A DNA stretch of 64,000 bases, from assembly GCA_051362555.1 (NCBI GenBank), contig CM120644.1, positions 10,238,954-10,302,953 on the forward strand. The letters run 5' to 3'. The translations under genes and the position numbers were made by a program. The notes under the pieces are model-generated. The model saw only the letters and a program-made list of their open reading frames with translations. It ran no database searches and had not been told where the DNA came from. Source of the DNA: Lingula anatina. Taxonomy: Eukaryota > Animalia > Brachiopoda. Positions 26,031-38,253 of the stretch are shown one piece after another (the first letter of the stretch is position 1; every line of letters starts with the position of its first letter).

Positions 26031-26879
26031 TACTGAACAAAAATATAAACGCACGAAATAAAACTAAAATGGTCAGTTGAAATGGATAATCATAAAATAT
26101 GCCCAGGTTGATGGTTTATTTGTGAACTGATGGATCTGTTTTGATCAATTATAGTGGTCTGGTTTCACTTGGCCGCTCCCCGTGAGTATACTCAAAGGTT
26201 AAGTTTATACACCAATAAGATTAATGGAGCATGACGGAGTAGAGGTCAATCTGCAAGACCAATACTCGGACACTCTCTACCGCCTAGGCAATAAAAGGGC
26301 ACACAAAAATGTGTATTTCTGCCACTTGTCAACATGCCACAGATGTCTGGAACCATGAGGGAGCAGGTCATCAGCATGCTCAATGCTGGCTTCTCAGTAA
26401 CAGAAGTTGCAGCATGCCTGAATGTGCATCATTCCACTGTCAGCCGTCTGGGAACACGCTTCAGAGACACTGGTAGCATTAGGAACCACCCTCATGCACC
26501 ATGTCGCCCTACAAACACCTGTGGAATGTTCTGGATCAGAGTTTTCAGCCATCATGTTCCAGCTCTCGAAAATGTTCGCCAACTGCAAGAAGCACTCCAG
26601 GAGGAATGGGATAATATCCCTTAGGCCTCTATTGACAATTTAGTGATGTCCATGCGCCGCTGGTGTACTGCTCTGCACAAATTTAATGGTGTCTGTGAAC
26701 TCAGGATGTTGACCCCCATGGTGTATTTTATGCCCTAACTCTTGGACTATGCATTTAAACTTCCCCTAATGCTCTCAAAGTGATGTCTATTTGTCGAATA
26801 AAATATGCTGTTATTTTTTGGCTAAATACTCTAGTTCCATATATGAAAATAAATCTACATATTCTTTCGTGCGTTTATA
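26031..26879 (+). mobile_element. Internally deleted Tc1-like transposon
   Basis: Left end TACTGAACAAAAATATAAACGCACGAAA; partial right end TTTCGTGCGTTTATA. HTH (GFSVTEVAACLNVHHSTVSRL) is joined to C-terminal LQEALQEEWDNIP..IDNLVMSMRRWC. Confidence 0.85.
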
Positions 26880-27084
26880 CAGTGCCGCCTGAAATTCCCC
26901 TCACCAAATGGCCACATGGTCTCCAAACCCTGCCCCGTATGATCGAACAATACAGGCCACATGATAATTACAGGGTAGGGGAATCCTCAAGTATTCCTTA
27001 TCGGACACCCAAATTAGTTGGTTCAACGAACACGGTTTTTCCCTCTTCTTAATTGCCTAACTTAAGGTTTCTATTATAACTGAC

Positions 27085-27876
27085 ATATAAATGATTTCGA
27101 TGCTGAATTTCTCGAACAAAGTCTAGAATACAGAAGAACTATGGAGGGTGTAATGTCTGACCCCTTGTTTAATCCTAATTACAGCATAAATGGCACTATT
27201 GAAAAACAAGAGGTTAGCGCAGCAGTAGCTAAGGCAAAGCAAAAGAAAGCTACGGGAGTAGATAATATCCCCAATGAAATTTTGAAAAACGAAACTATTA
27301 TTAATTTATTAACATCACTGTTCAATTTCATATTTGACACGGCATTATTACCCAATATGTGGAGAAAGGCAATTATAATACCAATACCGAAGGACAGTAA
27401 ACTAGATCCAAGAATACCGCTGAATTATAGAGGAATAAGTTTATTGTGTACCATATCAAAAATATTCAGCTCGGTTATAATCAAAAGAATATTAGCGTAT
27501 TTTGAGAACAATGACTTACTGGTAGAAGAACAAAATGGCTTTAGAAAAAACAGGTCTTGTGAAGACCACATCTTTGTGTTAAACTCTATTGTTAAGAACA
27601 GAATGGAGGAGGGTAAAGACACGTTTGTAACTTTCATCGATCTGATGAAAGCTTTTGATTTTTTAAATAGAGATTTACTACTCCTCAAACTGATAAATAT
27701 TGGCATTAACGGGCCTATGTATGCTGTGCTGAAATCTATGTACGCACTAACAGAGTCATGTGTAAATCTCAATGGAAACAATACAAACTGGTTTGAAACG
27801 ATGGCTGGTGTTAGACAAGGTGACAACCTATCACCTACCTTATTTGCACTATTCATAAAATGATCTAGCTCAGGAT
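27085..27876 (+). mobile_element. LINE (non-LTR retrotransposon) reverse transcriptase fragment, 5' part
   Basis: RT motifs KATGVDNIPNE, WRKAIIIPIPK, NYRGISLL, EEQNGFRKNRS, FIDLMKAFD, GVRQGDNLSPTLF; 1-bp frameshift near 27860. Confidence 0.93.
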
Positions 27877-30228
27877 CAAGGAGTTATAGGATAACCTGCA
27901 TACAACCGTAGCACGACTCACTTGAAACAATCAGAATGAAGTAACATCAAGGAGACCCTTGACGTCCGGGCACTCCTTACTTATATTCAGATTAATCTCT
28001 GGATCAAACATAAGTCTGTCTACACAGCAACCTACCATGTACCCTGAAACGAAAATGCACCGTGATACTCTGAGACAAAGGAGGGAACGCAACCAATGGC
28101 CAAAACAACGACAACTGGAGTCAAAGAAGTGGCACACTACAGGACTACCAAAGAGCATAATCCCTAAACGCCCAGCACCCCTGACCGCGCCGCAAAACTC
28201 AAATAATCCCCACCGTGAAGAGGTGAGGGAAGCGAAGCAGTACGCGGCCGGCTGCCAAGAGTGGGCCGAGCACATCACGAAACAATTAACCAGGGGGGAG
28301 TCATAACGTCCGGGCCAGAGTTGACGTTAAGGGCTGTCCTGACTATGAAGTCCTTCTTACCCAGCTCATCGAGATACAAGAAAAGGCCTCAACCCAAATC
28401 AAAGAGACAATAGAACACCACATCGCTACTATCGTCGAGAATGCGAAGGGGAAACTAGCGGAGGCCTCGGCCCGGGAATCCCAGGCGGAAGCCTTCTACA
28501 TGGTCCATGGTACATATGAAATGCGGGAATTAAACCAACCACCACCCACCCCTGACTCCCCTCTTATAGAACAAGTACGTGACCTGCTCCTGAAGATGAA
28601 GACGAAGAAGAAAAGAGCCGTCATCTCCACTAAAGCGAAACAAAAGACAACCGCCACCCTTAAACGACTCTGAGAAGAAGACCCATTACAAAACAACAGC
28701 CCTTTTCAGGGCTACACATATGATCAGGAAAAGCTATACCTTAATGTTCTAATGCTAAATAAAGCAAGAAATAAAGAACACCCTCTTGTCACACACCTTA
28801 AGCGAGAAATCTCAACTTCTACTCTCAGGAGAAATAATATCTTTCCTTAATCCCTACACCACCCAAGGGCAAATTAACCCCCCCCCCCCCAGAAAAAGAC
28901 ACGGGGAAATGAACTCAACAAATCTAAAAGGGCAACAGAAATGCTCAAATCGCTCCAAACATGGATGTCTCTACTGAAACGCACACACGTTACTATCCAC
29001 TATACCGTTTTTCTTAAAAACCTGTTTCAAAGAAACGAGATCTTAAAACGCACATAACAAGCCGTCTGGTCGTAAACGTATCTTACAGAGGCAACCCTCC
29101 TAGAACACTACTTCTAGATCTAGGTGTCCGCCAGACAACCTCACACCTCAATCCCTTATTACAGAATGGACACTATCCAATCAGAAGAGGCCATGTCTGT
29201 CAACCAATCAACGGACACTAGGGGCTATTTAGAGGCCGGGAAGCCACCTGCACAGACAGTTCTCACTCGACTATTAAGCAATCAACACGTCGCGGTCAGA
29301 ACCCACTAGCTCACAATAGTGACCACAGACCAAGCAGGTGACTGTCCTCACCACTTCTACTGTGCCGCTATCTGTAAGCACCACAGCCACAAAAGCGAGA
29401 CACTTTTGTGTAACTACGGAAATCGTCACAAGCGAAACCTTGTGCACGCATTCCTCACGGTGATCTGCCAAGCAGACACACACACAAAGGCGAGACACCT
29501 TTGTCAGGACGAGACGTCCTAGCACATTTGTGCACCTTGCTTTACATAAGCAGCTACACACAAAGGCGAGACACCTTTGTCGGGACAAGACGTCCTAGCA
29601 CACTTGTGCACCTTACTCTGCATAAGCAGTCACATACAAAGGCGAGAAACCTTTGCGGAGAAAGTCCTACAATACCAGGACGAACACTCCATCCTGTGAT
29701 AACCATAAGGTTATACACAGTACTGACCACCCCTCCCAACCCCCCCCCTTTTTTAGGACTCTGCAGCTGATGAAGGTCACTTGTTGACCGAAAAGAGCTT
29801 TCTGCAACCAGTCCAACCTCCCACCACTTTTTTCTGTTCCCCCGCCGCACTGTGCGTAGTTCGTACAATCGGCTCTTCAGGTCAATCACATACAGAGGCG
29901 AGACACCTCTCTCACATCTTACTGAAGTGAAAAAACAGGCCGATAACTTTGAACACGGCATTTTATTACATAATTCGAATCAGAATTATAGTACAGACAC
30001 GTTCTATCACAGCTTTCATCTCTTCAGTAATACGTGATCACTAATTAAAGGGACTTTTATACAGCAACTCTAACGTCCAAAAAGCAATCTCTGAGCTTTG
30101 AACCAGGGGCGCTGTCAAAACACACGTCCCCAGGGGCCCAGTCCTGGGTCGTGTTATTTTGATAAGAGTTAGTGTAACTAAGACATGAGCCGGCCACCCC
30201 CAAATAAACAATCTGTTATAACTCCTTG
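27877..30228. mobile_element. Non-autonomous DNA transposon (P- or hAT-like) inserted in the LINE
   Basis: 12-bp TIR CAAGGAGTTATA...TATAACTCCTTG and an exact 8-bp TSD CTCAGGAT (27869-27876 and 30229-30236). Confidence 0.88.
29478..29655 (+). repeat. ~78-bp tandem repeat, ~2.3 copies
   Basis: cacacaaaggcgagacacctttgtc..gagacgtcctagcaca..tgtgcacctt..cataagcag repeats; a related motif occurs at ~29895. Confidence 0.8.
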
Positions 30229-30345
30229 CTCAGGATATAAAAGCACTTGGAAAAGGGGTAATGGTAGGTGACATTAGACTAGATATATTGTTGTACGCAG
30301 ACGACATTGCTATATTCAGTGAAACGCCGGATGATATGAACATCA
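30229..30345 (+). mobile_element. Continuation of the LINE RT (YADD)
   Basis: QDIKALGKGVMVGDIRLDILLYADDIAIFSETPDDM resumes directly after the TSD. Confidence 0.9.
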
Positions 30346-30351
30346 TTATGT

Positions 30352-30469
30352 GATAGATACAATACGAGTCGCCGAGCTGTACGTGAAATATTACGAGTGT
30401 ATTGGCGAGCCGCAGGCGAGACAATACACGAGTAAATTTCACGTACAGCTCGGTGACGAGTGTTGTATC
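30352..30469. repeat. ~118-bp imperfect hairpin, possibly the end of a Crypton-like non-autonomous element
   Basis: AGATACAATAC..GCCGAGCTGTACGTGAAAT..GTGTATTG pairs with CAATACAC..ATTTCACGTACAGCTCGG..TTGTATCT around CGAGCCGCAGGCGAG. Family assignment is tentative. Confidence 0.6.
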
Positions 30470-31019
30470 TGGCTTAAACCACGGCCTCTGATTGGCTACT
30501 ACACTAGTAGTGCAACAGACCGTGGAACGCACTCGTACATGACGTGCTTGTATGTCGAATACAGCGGCCGAGTCTTTTGTTCTACGCGCTAGCCGTGGTT
30601 AAAGAATATTATTTATTGTTTCTATTTTTTTCTTGATCATTAATACATTAAAATAATATAAATTAAATAGTGACTTATAAGCCCACTGGGGCTGGGTGCA
30701 AAAAGAAAAAAATGTATCTGTATTACTTGCATTATAGCACAGGTCACTTAAATAAACAAACAAACCTATAGCTGATGCAAAGGAGATTGCTATCGACGCG
30801 AGCAAACAATACCGGGTTATGTTATATCAACTGCAACAGAAGACTAGAGTAAAGGCAGGTCGAATATGAGAACAAAACTCTAAAGAACAAATCAGGCTTG
30901 GTTTTAAAACACGTATAACAATTTTATTTGAAGTTCACTTGATGATAATAAGTCACGATCAACACAAGCGTAGTTAAAATGGAAAATTTTAAATAGCTAA
31001 TACATCAAATATCAATGTC

Positions 31020-31530
31020 TTATTATCTTTATTACGTGTTGCTAGTTTAGTAGCCTGATGACTTCTCTCTCAATTACCGCTGGAATCACCTTCTTTAGGT
31101 GATTAATATATTTATTACACTTTTCTGCGTTAATATTTTCCCATGCCTCTCTAATGCCTTCAACAAGTTGTTCTCTCGTGGAAGGCTTAACACGCGTACA
31201 CAGGTAATGTTTTATTTCAGCCCATACGTTTTCAATAGGATTAATGTCGGGGCTTTCTGGAGGGGTGCGAAACCAATTAATACCATGTTGCTCAATAAAA
31301 TTACCTGTTCGCTCAAAGAGACGTGTTTTTAGTTATGAGGCCACCAATTCATCATTCTTGGTCATCTCCTCGTCTATAACGTTCATGTGGCGCAGGTCAA
31401 CCTTTGAAGGACGTCCACTGCGTGTCTTATCGGCAATACCAAACCCTTCGTCGTATTTCTTCAACACATAGTAATGCCTTGTCGCGACATATTATGGCCT
31501 TAATTTTCAGTGACATAAACATGTCATATT
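31020..31530 (-). mobile_element. Tc1/IS630-like transposase relic, internally deleted
   Basis: Minus strand gives KKYDEGFGIADKTRSGRPSKV and PPESPDINPIENVWAEIKHYL. Confidence 0.8.
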
Positions 31531-32007
31531 ATACAAAATACTTACTGGCCATTTAGGAAGTCAAGATACACACTAATGACACGTGCCATATGATTGAGAA
31601 TTAGGTAAAATTGAATAGTTTGGATTGAAGAGCGTCATCGCAATGTTACCATTAATTTTAGACGACGCGTGTCACACAGTAGTGCTTATGTAATAGTCAG
31701 AGCTTAATCACTGTGTTCACCCGACATGAATAAAGCTAACCTGAACTGATTGTTAATTAATGTGAGATGACACGTACCATACAGTGAAGTAAGCCCGAGA
31801 TATTGTTATCCAGCTTTTATATATATTCTCTGCTGCTTTTAATTGTGAAGAAGGTTTTTGGTTAAGGTTGGAGTTTAGATCGTAAAGACGAACTATTCCT
31901 ATGAGCGGAGTTAATATCAAAGAATGAAAGAGAAACAGTTGTATCAAAATTTGGGCTAAAGTCTTTAATAATATTTACGCCGGTCACGTACGCACTTCCT
32001 ACTTGGT

Positions 32008-32310
32008 GTGATACGGTCTTTCGGCCGGCCACCATTCGCCTTGTCAAATAAAGACATTTTTGATATTCGACAACGGGCCAGTTCCCCAGGCAACTTTTGC
32101 GTTCAGTTAATGGGGAGATTGTTTACTGTTGATGAACCAATACAAAAGGACAGAAATGTTGCGGGTGTAGATGGGAGAGATCCTATATGCAAATATAGAC
32201 TGAATTATATTAAAGATGGCCTACAAAATGTTTATTACTCAAACATCTGACAAGTCTTTTTGGAAAAAAATGCATTTCATCCATGAACTAAGCTAATAGA
32301 GATATAAGGA
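32008..32310 (+). pseudogene. BEN-domain relic
   Basis: ASSPGNFCVQLMGRLFTVDE..RNVAGVDGRDPICKYRLNYIK, then a frameshifted WKK/CISSMN*ANR. This resembles the BEN pattern (NFA..L...LF..EEL...N..G..GK..LD..RL..IK...W..C...IN). Confidence 0.6.
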
Positions 32311-33146
32311 CATACTATAAAAATAAATTTCAATCTTGTTAATAATATGTATATAGTAAAGTCGGTTTGAAGCCTAATAAATATTATGTGCAAGTAGTGT
32401 TTTATTTGATCTTTTATAAATTCATAAATACATTTATTAAACTCTATTTTAATTCAATCAATTCATAGCTACAATGTACACGAAAGTTGCTTTCATCACC
32501 GAATCTTTTTGGTAAAGTGACTTTTAAAAATCACTGTTGGCGAGTTCTTATACTTAAAATCTCCGTATCAGAGTAGAGTGATCAAAGTATAGTGAAGCCG
32601 CCGCGCATTAAAGGTCAATTAACGCTCGGACGAACACTTTAAAATTGCGACCACGCTCAGCTTCGATCTTTATCTCAGCGAGCTAGGGTTTGGCTCTTTT
32701 GTTAGCAGAAAGTTTGTCACAATAATTACCCGACGGGCAGGGCATGGTACTATTGTTAACAAAAACCAAACAGCGTATGGATGACAATGTTATTTCCATA
32801 GTTACCGAGCCAGGCCGTCCGTACAACTCGCAGCGACCCGGAGGGTAAGTAAGGGGAATTTGTTCAGTATATATATAAGGCAACAGCAATGCAGATGATT
32901 GGAAATGGGCTTTTTGTGATGCAAACGATATAAATTTTAATGTAACTTAAAGAAAAAAAATATAGTGCCTAAAATTAAGTAGATGGATCGGCAACTTTCT
33001 TACTTTTCATTTAAAGTCAGTTATCAGAAAAATCAATATGTAGATAATCCACTCAAACAACCAAGTCAGTTACAGGTATCCAAAACTAAAGAATAGGCGT
33101 TGTTTGTCCAAGAAGCCGGTCACGTATAGTGTAATTTGAATCCAGG

Positions 33147-35680
33147 TTATTGTACCACCAGCGTTAGCGCTGGCGGTACACATGGTTTTAGTCCCGTCCG
33201 GTCCGTTCCGCCGGCTCCGCCGCCATGTTACCGTTACCGCTTCTTCTCCTAGACGGTAAGGGCCCCCATACCCATCTCTTGGATTTAGGTCACCTATAAT
33301 CTCAACTCGTTCCACTTAAAATTTGGGCTTTGTCGGTATTGGGGTCTAGGTGTGGCATTCATTGCAATGCACCCTTGTCCAAAAATGGCAAAATTAAATG
33401 CTATTTATCTACCCTACGGAAGGAATTATGGGAAAAATTTCTACAGACGGCTTTCCAAAAGTCATATGTGCAGATTTTAAATATGCCCTTGGATTTGACC
33501 TTTGACCTTTATTTCAAGGTCAAACAGGCCAAATTTTTCAAAAAAATGAATTTTTTTACGAAAAAAAAATTATTTGCGCAGACTTAACCAATAATATTAT
33601 TGGAAAATGATACCCTTCAGGTCATCTTTCATCTCCGTGAATTTGGGGTCAATCGGTGCATTTTAACGGGAGTAGCGGCCATAAGATACCGAAACTGAAA
33701 ACTGTCTCTAATTCGGGAACCGTTAATGCTAGAGACCCATTCTTTTTTGCATTTTGTAGAGCATGTAAAGCCCAACACTGGAAGTGGTCTCCGTTTTTTT
33801 GTATTTCATACGGTTTTCGAGCTACGCTGTATCAAAAAGTACATATTGGTGGTGAAAGCAAAATGTGCAGTACGGTAATGGATAATAAATTTTGAACTCT
33901 GGAAAAATAAAACATAAGGCTTGGCAAAGCAGACAACTTATGGTCAAAAATGACATTATTTCATCAAATTTGAACTTCTGGAACTTCAGAGCACCTCCCA
34001 TTTCAAGAATTTCGACCAAAATGACATTTTCTTTATTTTAATTAATTTTTTCTGTAGGAAATTTATGGCACATTAAGGTAACTCCAAAATTATAACATTT
34101 AGTCCCTTATATCTCCAAAACTGGCAGAGATAGGTCCATAGTTACTATTGAACTTGAATAGGAAGTCATATACTGGCAATCTAAATGTGACCTTGAAATT
34201 GACCTTTGACCTACTTTTCACCATGAATTGAACTTTGCAAATTTTGCTTCCCTTTTATCTCCAAAACTGGCAGAGATAGGTCCATAGTTTCTATTGAACT
34301 TGAATATGAAGTCATATACTGGCAATCTAAATGTGACCTTGAAATTGACCTTTGACCTACTTTTCACCATGAACTGAACTTTGCAAATTTTGCTTCCCTT
34401 TTATCTCCAGAACTGGCAGAGATAGGTCCATAGTTACTATTGAACTTGAATAGGAAGTCATATACTGGCAATCTAAATGTGACCTTGAAATTGACCTTTG
34501 ACCTACTTTTTATCATGAATTGAACTTTGCAAATTTTGGTTCCCTTTTATCTCCAAAACTGGCAGAGATAGGTCCATAATTACTATTGAACTTGAATAGG
34601 AAGTCATATACTGACAATCTTACTGTGACCTTGAAATTGACCTTTGACCTACTTTTCACCATGAACTGAACTTTGCAAATTTTGCTTCCCTTTTATCTCC
34701 AAAACTGGCAGAGATAGGTCCATAGTTTTTATTGAACTTGAATAGGAAGTCATATACTGGCACATATTGGTGGTGAAAGCAAAATGTGCAGTACTGTAAT
34801 GGATAATAAATTTTGAACTCCGGAAAAATAAAACATAAGGCTTGGCAAAGCAGACAACTTGTGGTCAAAAATGACATTATTTCATCAAATTTGAACATCT
34901 GGAACTTCAGTGCACCTCTTATTTCAAGAATTTTGACCAAAATGACGGTTTCTTTATTTTAATTAATTTTTTCTGTAGGAAATTTATGGCACATTATGGT
35001 AACTCCAAAATTAAAACATTTAGTCCCTTATATCTCCAAAACTGGCAGAGATAGGTCCATAGTTACTATTGAAGTTGAATAGGAAGTCATATACTGGCAA
35101 TTTTACTGTGACCTTGAAATTGACCTTTGACCTACTTTTCACCATGAACTGAACTTTGCATATTTTTCTTCCCTTTTATCTACAAAACTGGCAGAGATAG
35201 GTCCATAGGTACTATTGAACTTGAATAGGAAGTCAGAGATAGGTCCATAGTTTCTATTGAACTTGCATGGAAAGTCATATACTGGCAATCTAAGTGTGAC
35301 CTTGAAATTTACCTTTGACCTACTTTTTATCATGAATTGAACTTTGCAAATTTTGGTTCCCTTTTATCTCCAAAACTGGCAGAGATAGGTCCATAGTTTC
35401 TATTGAACTTGCTTGGAAAGTCATATACTGGCAATCTAAATGTGACCTTGAAATTGACCTTTGACCTACTTTTTATCATGAATTGAACTTTGCAAATTTT
35501 GGTTCCCTTTTATCTCCAAAACTGGCAGAGATAGGTCCATAGTTACCATTAAAGTTGAATAGGAAGTCATATACTGGCAATTTACTGTGACCTTGAAATT
35601 GACCTTTGACCTACCTTATGATGAACTTAACTTTGATTGTACCATTTTAAGTTATATATATTTAATTTAAGCATTTTTGA
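33147..35680 (+). mobile_element. Second HINE/Helentron-type element (5' end intact, 3' end truncated)
   Basis: 5' subTIR TATTGTACCACCAGC is followed by its partial inverted copy (GCTGGCGGTACA) and a GTCC-like microsatellite. Then comes the 146-bp satellite, which ends in the same junction (gattgtaccatttt.agttatatat) as at ~3920-3945. Confidence 0.75.
34105..35650 (+). repeat. ~146-bp satellite, second array, interrupted by a ~920-bp tandem duplication
   Basis: Same unit as 870-3940. The non-satellite block 33841-34110 reappears at 34762-35035. Confidence 0.93.
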
Positions 35681-35726
35681 TGGCTACCCATCATGTAACC
35701 AAACATCCAGAGTAAAGTCACTTCTA

Positions 35727-35880
35727 TTAAGGCGCTGTTACTTGACAAATGACATTTCCGCTGGCGTCGCATTTTTGTTCTTTCCACCTAAGAAGAGGGA
35801 GAGTGAAACCAGCTAGGCAGGTGCAGGTGAAACTGCCCACGGTGTTGGCGCATGTAGCATTCTCAGCGCAATCATCATCA
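35727..35880 (-). pseudogene. Chimeric relic: cbEGF repeat fragment fused in frame to CTL C-terminus
   Basis: Translates DDCAENATCANTVGSFTCTCLAGFT|LPLLRWKEQKCDASGNVICQVTAP*. Confidence 0.85.
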
Positions 35881-36124
35881 TTAGTGTAGTGCCAGAGCAG
35901 GGTGAGAACGGCCCGGCCCGGCCCGGTAAGCGAGAGGACCCGGCTTCGGGCCCTGGTCCGGCAGGTGAATTTTACTCTCTCCAAAAATGCGCTACAATGT
36001 GCTGCTTTGGACAGATAACCGCCGCCAGCCTTTCGTTTAATTGAAAAAAGGTGATATCTCCATGCCCAATATCAATGGCATACCAATCGAAAACGACGAC
36101 ACCCTTTCTCTTTTTGACTATTAA

Positions 36125-38253
36125 AGGGAACCGGAGAAGACTGATTGTGCCCGGAAGTGACGTGTAGTGGTGTTAGAAGCGAAGCTGAGTGGTCATTTTA
36201 ACCTGGAGGTGAACGGGAGAGAAGACGTGTAGTCGGAGGAAAAAGAAGTTTTCTAAACAACATGGTTAGATAACTCTCTTTTTTACGCATTTTGGGCAGA
36301 GAATACTTGTAGAAATAATAGATGCATGATATGAAAACGTGACACGGAACTTGAAGGTGCAAAATCGTGCTTAATTTGCGGTCAACTTGGTTTGAAATAA
36401 ATGCTGCATCGACCGCCAGCGCGACAAAGAGCGTAAAGGGAAAATAATTCCCGGGAGTCTATAAATCGTTGTCATGTGGAAATATGGCATTAATATAATC
36501 TGATATGTCCATATCTAAGTATTTTGGGGTGTTTTATGGTATGGGCTGCAATTATTACGATGTTATAGAGGTCTTGAAGGACCTTATGAAAACCAGGAAG
36601 TAGTTCGTAACTAACAACTGAATCGTACTGATCTCCGACTGCTGTGCAAAGCTGTATCTTTTTTCAATATTTTGACGAATTTTTAGATCTCTATATGTCC
36701 ATCTGACATGAAATTCCACACATATGATCACACTAACACACCTTTTACACCGTGGGAGGCGCTAATCAGTGACAAATGCCAAGACAAAGGTGACATTCTG
36801 ACAGCCTCTTATCTGAGTTAAAAATCACTGACAAAAGAGACTGGCAATCAATTTTCTTCAGGCTGGCAATCATTAGCCTATAGAAATTGGTAATGTTACA
36901 TCTTATCTACCTGTGAGAATCGTTTTACCAAATGGTGCTTTATAATACTTCATATGTGAATGCATTTATGTAACTAAAAACCTTCTTTTAAGGATACATG
37001 AGAAAATTTGATTGGAATATAAAATCCGAAAAACTTAACTCTAATTATGACAGTGTTTAAACAATTTCATCATTTTTTACACAAAAAATGTAGTAATTGT
37101 TTAATATAAATATAACATTTACTATATATTAAATCAACAATAATCAAAACCCATGTAACTTATCAGAGCAAAACCATTACAAATGACAGAATATCTTTTT
37201 TCCTGTCACTAAGTATAGCCCCTCGCCACCATCCCCCTGAAAAATATATACCTGAAATAACTTCCCTAAATCACGCTTGATGCTCACTATCCACTACTTT
37301 TTCAGTTTTTCATCTACTGGAAATGTATGGTAGGACAGCTTCCCATCTTGGGAAAGTGGGCCACTGGGGCAAAGAGGCACACAACAGTTCCTGAGACTAT
37401 AAAATTAAAAGTAGCATAATAAGTACTGAACAATTAATAACAAATGAGCTACTGCACAGCAATCAATGTGCAAGTCAAGACCATTTTGACAGGTAATTAG
37501 CTGTAAGATGCCATTAAATGCCAGTCGCGTACTTGTGATTTTTAGCTCAGATAAGAGGCTGTCAGAATGTCACCTTTGTCTTGGCATTTGTCACTGATTT
37601 ATGCCTACCCCAGTGTAAAAGGTGTATTAGTGTGCTCATATGTGTGGAATTTCATATCAGATGGACAAATAAAGATCTAAAAATTCGTTAAAGTATTGAA
37701 AAAAAGATACAGCTTTGCACAGCAGTCGGAGATCGGTACGGTTCAGTCGTTAATTACGAACTACTTCCTGGTTTTAACAAGGTCCTTCAAGACCTCTATA
37801 ACATCGTTATAATTGCAGCCCATACCATAAAACACCCCAAAATACTTAGATATGGACATATCAGATTATATTAATGCCAAATTTCCACATGACAACGATT
37901 TATAGACTCCCGGGAATTATTTTCCCTTTACGCTCTTTGTCGCGCTGGCGGTCGATGCAGCATTCATTTCAAAACAAGTTGACCGCAAATTAAGCACGAC
38001 TTTGCACCTTCAAGTTCCGTGTCACGTTTTCATATCATGCATCTATTATTTCTACAAGTATTCTCTGTCCAAAATGCGTAAAAAAAGAGAGTTATCTAAC
38101 CATGTTGTTTAGAAAACGTTTTTTTCTTCCGACTACACGTCTTCTCTCCCGTTCACCTCCAGGTTAAAATGACCACTCAGCTTCGCTTCTTACACCATTT
38201 GACGTCACACTTCCGGCACAATTCTGACCAATGCCAATCTTCTCCGGTACCCT
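36125..38253. mobile_element. 2.1-kb foldback element with ~700-bp inverted arms (Kolobok/T2-MITE-like)
   Basis: 36125-~36828 is the near-perfect reverse complement of ~37535-38253. Ends are TTAA|AGGGAACCGGAGAAGA ... TCTTCTCCGGTACCCT|TTAT. Confidence 0.82.
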
